Shown: piece by piece, positions 41,701 to 48,050 of the stretch
Layout of the letters: every line of letters begins with the position of its first letter
How positions within the stretch are numbered: the stretch's first letter is position 1
NCBI GenBank assembly: GCA_002269645.1
Contig: NIVC01004377.1
Location: 1 to 48,050, forward strand
Length of the DNA stretch: 48,050 bases
Direction: 5' to 3'
From: Macrostomum lignano
Taxonomy: Eukaryota
Notes under the pieces: generated by a model
The model's input: the letters and a program-made list of their open reading frames with translations, nothing else
What the model was told of the DNA's origin: nothing
The model's database searches: none
Position numbers and translations under genes: made by a program

Positions 41701-44700
41701 TAGTTTTTTGGACCCTCGCAACTATCTCTGGATTCGGTCAATCACTAAATTAGCTGAGAGTTATAAGAAAACGTTAAATAATAATTTTGTCAGTCTGTCT
41801 AAGCAGATAAATAGGCTGGTTGACCAAAGCAGGCTGCCTCCCGATTAGTGAAGGCAGGAAACTGAAAGCCAAACTTGACAGGCCGCCTTACTTTGGCCTG
41901 TACGCAAAAGCTCGCAGGACTGCTGATTTCAGGCATTTACTATCTTTTGGATATTTTTTGTAGCAAACGGATTGGCAAATTTTTCAGCAGCCTTTGTATG
42001 TCTGCAGCACGAATGGAGCAGACCCTCTAAGTTGGTGACGCGTACAGTGCCAGAACAAAATCCCACATGTTGGGATGCGCAGTCGTTATAAAGCTTCTCA
42101 CGCGGCTATGAAAGCCCTCCTCTTTGCTGTTCGTCCACTCCTGGCAGTTAAAGACTGATATAATGTCGAAACCGACCTCGATCCAGTAGATTCGTAAATA
42201 TGCAAACACGAGTAGGTTGAATAGGTTTGAATAGATTGATAGTTTGAATAGTTTGATAGAAATGTCATTGTCTTTCTTAGGGAGACTGCGGTATTAACAA
42301 TATGGAAGCATAGACAGTTTACCAGATGTCCGAAAAGATTATATTGACAATAAAATTTTACGTAAAGTAGCATTAAACAACATAAAAATTAGAAAGATAA
42401 GATTGAAATTAAACAAAGTTACCACCTCGATACACTTGTCATGTCAAGGAAACTGACTTCAGTAGTCCATGAGGAGCTGACGGCGAGTTTACTGTTGGAA
42501 TTGATAGAATTCAGGTGTCGAACAAATTCAGTCAGTTTCAGCCGGGTGGTCCCAGTGAATAAAGATGTCATCTATGCACCTGAAGTAGATGTCCGGGTTA
42601 TAAAAGGAAGTTCTCAGTTCAGTTTTCTCCCAAAGGCTGCATGGCTGGGTGCAAATTAATATGCGACTCATGACTGTGCCTTTAAGTTGTAAGAAAATTG
42701 TTATCAAATTCAAAGTCTTCTGTACAAGCATAGTTACTGTAGCTTTATTATCTCAGCATACGGTCTAGTCGGGTCAAGATATCGGATAAAGAATACCTGT
42801 ATTGCTGCAATGCCCTGGTCTATGGAGATCATGGAGTATAGACTCTGGATATCACAGGTTGCCAGAGTCCATCCTTCTTATCCAATTTATCCATAAGGTG
42901 TGCTTTGAAGTCATATGAGTCCTTAATGAAAGTGGGTTGAGCTTGGGCAATCGGATTAAGAAAAAAATCAATGCATTTTTCTGCCAGTGGCTTCAGAACT
43001 ACATCGGCTAACATAAGGTCTGTCTGCTAGGACCCGGAAATCACATCACATCACAGAATCACAAGATCAGAGTTCTTGTGAGTTTTTGGTAGCAGGTAGA
43101 AATGCCCGGGGCGAAGATAAGAGAACTGTTTGTTTGATATAAACTTTTTGCTACATAAAATGAGAAAGTTCCACCTGATAATTTCCGCAGTCTCGGGTTT
43201 CGACGGCTGGTCCAGCTTTTGATAGGCATTAGTGTCAAGCAATTGGTCGTACGCTGCAAGGTTGCATGATGACTACTGCGTTTCCTTTGTCCGCCTTTTA
43301 TATTAGGACGGAGCTGTTTCGCTCCTGAATCGCTCTTGTCTCTGGTGCTAGCGGGCTAACTAACCCTCTTCAGCTCTCCAAAGAACAAGCTCAAGTGGAT
43401 TCATAAAAATTTAAAGAGAACCGAAGAATAGTACGCACATAGCCACAAACTGTTCAGATGTAGCGTTATTGTATTTAATCGAAAAGTATCTAAGCTTAGT
43501 ACCGGCTAATAGCGGTCTAGGCGCATAAAACAGTCATTGAAAAGCGCATGAGCATGGCTGACTGATATCAAGCGGTCAGAAACGCAGTCAAGTGCAAAGT
43601 CGTTGAGCCAAGTCAAGTTAATCCAATACAGTAGGCTGAAAGTAATGATATGCAAAAAAGGCATGCGATCAGTCATTAGAAAAATATAATTCACACACTC
43701 CTGCGGCAACCTAGATCGCAGTCGGTGGACACACTTCTCAGCACTAGCCAACGCCAGCGAGCCGTCGCAGCAACCTGCGTGCAGTGCGTCGAGCATGCGC
43801 GCAGCGTTGAATTCGAAGTAAAGCAGACCCTGCTTCATTAAGCTTGTGGCATAAGCTGCGTAGTTGCTGCTCATATAAGACATCAAGGCAGTAACCAGCT
43901 CAGCATCGACGTACTTTGTCGCAGGCAGGCCTGGAAAGCTAACGTCAGTCCGGTTTTAATACCGTGCACTTGGCGGTACCACGTCCAAGCCATTCATTAC
44001 TAACAGGTGTCATTGCGGTCAGCAGTGTTACACGCTCACCATCGTTGTAGGTGCGCCAGTAAGCCATCAGGCAACCCCAGACAATACCACAGATGTGGCG
44101 GGGCATCCCATGGCGGTACAGCACTTGCGCGCTCATTTGGTACGCTCTGTATCTTGTAGCATGGTCGAGGAGCACGGCGCCTTGTAACTGTCGCAAAACG
44201 AACGTTGACACAGCACGGAGTGGGTAGAGTACAGTACGCATATGAGTTCACCGACGCCGCGACCTGACAACTGCTTAGAATCACGCAGCTCGAAGCCCCT
44301 CACTTCCGCGTGCTGTACAAAGCGACGTTCCAGCAGCGGCTGAAAGTAGTGACCCATACGTCGTCACCTTGCTGGATACGCTTCATCAACTGTGAATTAA
44401 ATCCGGCGTATTGGCACACAACGATCATCGCGGTATCAAAGTAGACAACATTTAAGATAATATTGTGATAGTTAATGCTACGTTGACCAGACGGCATTTC
44501 TTGCGTGACGCGTATCAGCTGTTGAAAGCGACGACACCTCATATACTGATCCAGCATAGCGCGGCTGGCCTACTAAAGGGGCTTTGACACGTCTTGACTA
44601 AAGCTCAGATTGCGCATGACACAACCCAATTGCTTGACGAAATACACTGCTGATGAGCTGCAAAAGCACGGGGTAGATTATTAGATTAACCAGGCAGGAC

Positions 44701-47169
44701 ATGCAGTCGATTAAATCGTAGAGTCAGGAGAGCGAGAGAGAGTGAGAGAGCAGAAGAATATCAATATTTTTATAATACACTGTAGATGTAAATTCCAGTC
44801 TAGTTCCGATCCGATGCGCTGAGGTTCAAAGCACGGCTTGTTCTTTGACTGTTAGTGAGTCATTTTCACTGTTAGGACGCCTTGCACTAAAATTTCACTA
44901 TTAGGGCCTGTATAATATATGGGCCGGCTGATGATATATTTCTCAAGAACTCCGAGTCACTAGGCGATTCTCTACGTGTGATATTGCATATATGCGTTGT
45001 ATCATTGGCTGGCTCATTTGTTTATATGGCAAGGTGAGAAGAAATCTTGTAAGTTAGGCAAGCTCACTATGGACTACAAGTCACTAACAAATACAGGATC
45101 TTGGTTTGAAATCAGAAATCATACCTTGCAAAAGTTCCCATCAAGTAAGTTTAATATACAAGTAGGAAGCACACTACCAACATACCTAAAAATTTAGAGT
45201 CAAGTGCACTAGACATGGCATACTCTAGCTCATGGGCTATAGAGACGTGGATAACATTCAATCAAATTTGAGTACATTAGCAAAGCCATGCAAGCCAAAC
45301 CTGTGCTAAACCAACCAACAAAAAAACTTTTATATTCATGTTTTGCATTCTTTACTCGTACATTGTCCAACTAATTGAAATCGGCTACCAGTGGTTTAAC
45401 TTACCTTGATCCACTCGATGCAAAATCAATACAAATAATTATGCACTATTGCGAGTAATGGAATGAAGAGCACTTGTAGAACGGAGAATAGCTCGGCAGA
45501 TTTTTTCAGATACGTGCGTAGTAAAGCATTATCATTTAAGGCTGATTTTATTTTCGCCTCAAGAGGGCTTCAGGACATGTGTGCAGGAGGCTAAGTGTCG
45601 TAGGGGGGGGGACAAGAAAGTGTACATCTTAAAGCTTAAAGTGCGCCAGGATGCACGCAGCCCCCCCTCCCCTGACCTCTAGCTAAAACAAATTTACCTA
45701 TGACACAATACCAGATGCCGAGACCTACTGGCCTGTCCATTGCGCGATCTGGGCATCACTGTTAGCCTTCAGGATCGTCTGCAAGCCGCTCTGCGCTGCG
45801 TTCAACGCGCCCACATCGGCCTACAATTATATAATCCAGCCTACGTATCTGCTAACGAGGCCGACTTTCTACTCGATCTTGGTTGCCTAGCAACGGACGC
45901 ATATTTTTCCCAGCTAGCCGAGGCCGGCTCCGATCCCGGTCCAGCCGGCCTCGAATCCGCCGTCGTAGCTCGAATCGGTCGAACTATTCGGTTAATGCGA
46001 TTTACCTGGCGAGCTGCTCGGTTGCTAGGCAACACTGTGCCAGATTATGAGCGCCTAATTGACAACGGAGACGCCGCGGCGGTCGCTTATTTGGCTAAGC
46101 TGCACGGCTTGCCAAGCTCTGATTGGCTGCGCCAGCTGGCTAGTCTTCTGCTTCTAGTAGATAACAAAAATTTGGGGATCTCCGGCTCAACGGACACGCC
46201 TAAGCTTCTGCCATTGTTAGTGCCGGCACTGCTCACTGTTGATGGACTGTCGGTGTGGCGGGTCGCTCAGCTGCTTCTGGATGCTGGGCTGGTGAGTCAT
46301 GGAGTGAAATATCGGATTTCTAGCTTTATGATTCATAATATATTGGGATCCTGGATTTTTTAAACTATATTTGTAATTGAAATTAAGGTTAATGATTCAT
46401 AACTGGGATATGAGAATTCAAGGTTTTTTAATAACAGTTTGTGTCTATGATTTCAAGATTTCTGATTCATAATTGGGACCTGGGGGATTTCAATATTTAT
46501 GATTCATATAATTGGGATCTGGGGGGATTTCAAGATTTATGATTCATATAATTGGGATCTGGGGGGATTTCAGATTTATGATTCATAATTGGGATCATAA
46601 AGTAGCGCATATATATTAAGACAGAGTTTTGATTTTTATATGTAGATTGCTCTTTTATTGCAATTTACAATACAAACTCAGCCCAATACAATACAAATAC
46701 AAACTCCAATCCCTTTCGCTTGCAGTCGGAACTGGCCGCCCGACAAAACTTGGACGCTTTGCTCAAAGCGGCCCGAGTCTCACTGCTCGAACTTGACGAT
46801 GACAGCGATATTGACAGTATCTCCGATTCTAATAGCGACATTAGCAGCGGCCTGTCCGCTCTAGGCGAGTTGCTAACCATCGCTTGCCGACTCGGAGGAT
46901 TCGGTTCCGCCTTGTCGCTTCATCGCTTGCACACCTGTCTGCGTATTATTCAATCCTGCCGCTGTTGCTGCTGTCTGGCCGAGTCTGGCGCAGTGAACTC
47001 AAGCGATTCAGCTGCCCAGCTAGGCATGGCACTGGAGGTTCGCTATGAGGATTCCGCAATAATGTCGCTGCCGTCTACTCAGAGATTGATGTTTCTCAAA
47101 TTGACTGGCCAGATGATGCGGCTGACTGAACGAGCGTCGGATGCTGCGCCTGCGGTTGCGATCGATCAG
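32794..47169 (+). CDS. KNTC1: Kinetochore-associated protein 1 (Rough deal, RZZ complex), 5' part; continues beyond the window
   Basis: Exons 32794-33274, 33573-34322, 34862-35361, 36426-36758, 36883-37262, 39071-39280, 45715-46291 and 46726-47169 splice in phase (1225 codons). Blocks resembling recalled KNTC1 sequence: LRETSPGQQYQRLLDSLQFDEAELCAKRYGLPMDRLYYAK, IEPEQFSLEMWQWF, IADWLE, VPWSEEVQAVVEQHL, FKRYNIR. The start ATG is uncertain. Confidence 0.85.
33315..33482. repeat. 28-bp minisatellite, KNTC1 intron 1
   Basis: GCCAGCCTCCCAGATCCTCAGTTGCTGG, about 5-6 copies. Confidence 0.9.
34433..34795. repeat. 32-bp minisatellite, KNTC1 intron 2
   Basis: ATCCTTCAGTGGCCTGAGCTGCCACCCCTCTG, about 11 nearly identical copies with no spacers. 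Confidence 0.97.
35420..36380. repeat. 23-bp minisatellite, KNTC1 intron 3
   Basis: ATGGAGGATCAGGAGTGCTAGAT variants, more degenerate toward the 5' edge. Confidence 0.95.
37275..38825. repeat. 52/54-bp G-rich minisatellite, KNTC1 intron 5
   Basis: GGGAGAGAAATGGGGTGGTGGCTGGGGTTAGTGGCTCATTGGGGGTGGTCTGTA and a variant, in tandem. Confidence 0.97.
40230..40840 (-). mobile_element. BEL/Pao LTR-retrotransposon fragment (aspartic protease region)
   Basis: Broken frames LLDTAINKTYIRRDMSSQL...GNTFG and FNLANPFDL...PVSLLIGADNF, typical of the Pao protease (DUF1758) region. Confidence 0.7.
42027..42209 (-). mobile_element. MULE transposase fragment
   Basis: WTNSKEEGFHSRVRSFITTAHPNMWDFV resembles the RTNN--EG-H...HP--W-F motif of MULE transposases. 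Confidence 0.65.
42430..43350 (-). mobile_element. Penelope-like element reverse transcriptase fragment (degraded)
   Basis: ADKGNAVVIM, FYLLPKTHK, PTFIKDSYDF, LATCDIQSLY and FRCIDDIFIHW across broken frames. Confidence 0.8.
43506..44557 (-). other. Orphan intronless coding-like region (~350 codons over 4 overlapping ORFs), antisense in KNTC1 intron 6
   Basis: ORFs 44300-44557, 44133-44357, 43945-44241 and 43506-43886 (the last is open from about 43955) overlap in series and can be joined by three frame changes. No splice signals or recognised family. Confidence 0.45.
46470..46600. repeat. ~40-bp short tandem repeat, KNTC1 intron 7
   Basis: GGGGGATTTCAAGATTTATGATTCATATAATTGGGATCT, about 3 copies. 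Confidence 0.85.
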
Positions 47170-47309
47170 GTGAGAGGAGTCGTTATTGCGATTGTTAAGT
47201 TACTGTCTTCCAGTTGTTCCTACCGATCACGAAATTCTTGCTTCGTTCTTTCTTTCTTTTATTCCTCCTTTTCTAGAAATCCCATATTCTCCTTTCCAGG
47301 CAATTAGAC

Positions 47310-47975
47310 TTGATTCTCGTTTCATGGAAATCCCTCTCTCGTTTCTTTGAAACCCCACTTGCCCTTTGTTTCCTCGAAATCCCACTTGCCCTTCGTTTCC
47401 TGGAAATCCCTCTCTCGTTTCTTTGAAACCCCACTTGCCCTTTGTTTCCTCGAAATCCCACTTGCCCTTCGTTTCCTGAAAATCCCTCTCTCGTTTTCCT
47501 TGAAATCCCACTTGCCCTTCGTTTCCTGGAAATCCCACTTGCCCTTCGTTTCCTAGAAATCCCTCTCTCGTTTTCCTTGAAATCCACTTGCCCGTTTCGT
47601 TCCTCGGAAATCCCACTTGCCCTTCGTTCCTGGAAATCCTCTCTGTTTCCTTGAAATCCCACTTGCCCTTCGTTTCCTGAAAATCCCTCACTCGTTTCCT
47701 TGAAATCCCACTTGCCTTCGTTTCCTGAAAATCCCTCACTCGTTTCCTTGAAATCCCACTTGCCCTTCGTTTCCTGAAAATCCCTCACTCGTTTCCTTGA
47801 AATCCCACTTGCCCTTCGTTTCCTGAAAATCCCTCACTCGTTTCCTTGAAATCCCACTTGCCCTTCGTTTCCTGAAAATCCCTCACTCGTTTCCTTGAAA
47901 TCCCACTTGCCTTCGTTTCCTGAAAATCCCTCACTCGTTTCTTGAAATCCACTTGCCCTTCGTTTCCTGGAATAA
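47310..47975. repeat. Modular minisatellite, KNTC1 intron 8
   Basis: GAAATCCCACTTGCCCTTCGTTTCCT alternating with GAAAATCCCTC(A/T)CTCGTTTCCTT. Confidence 0.93.
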
Positions 47976-48050
47976 TAACTTACCCCTCATTTACTTACCG
48001 GAAAACCCACTTACCCATCGATTTCCTGGAAATCTCACTGGACTCTCGTT

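Noticed and set aside
47227-47788. 170-aa minus-strand ORFs
   Set aside because: Translations of the intron 8 minisatellite.

Overview
Eukaryotic (metazoan) genomic DNA with GT-AG spliced genes and GC-rich codons, possibly a flatworm such as Macrostomum (inference from style only). I reconstructed four protein-coding genes by hand. (1) A 14-exon invertebrate-type aldehyde oxidase/XDH-like molybdoflavoenzyme (minus, 312-5480) with six frame disruptions, most likely assembly errors. (2) A 9-exon, 863-aa ionotropic glutamate receptor (iGluR/IR)-like gene (minus, 6772-13978). Its cytoplasmic tail is an S1 (OB-fold) RNA-binding domain closely resembling that of mitochondrial PNPase (PNPT1), and S1 begins in the same exon as M4. 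This receptor-S1 fusion is the most striking observation in the window. (3) An intact 3-exon, 461-aa class-I glutamine-synthetase-fold gene (plus, 17998-20563) that has lost most catalytic residues, resembling a lengsin-like pseudoenzyme. (4) The 5' part of KNTC1/Rough deal (plus, from 32794, running off the window). Between and inside these genes are CORE-type SINEs, an RTE LINE remnant, a three-level nest of hAT/MITE elements, a Merlin remnant, a Helitron inside a TIR element, BEL/Pao, MULE and Penelope-like fragments, many intronic mini/microsatellites, and an orphan intronless ~350-codon frame antisense in KNTC1 intron 6. No rRNA, bona fide tRNA or CRISPR array is supported. Family assignments rest on motifs recalled from memory, not database searches.
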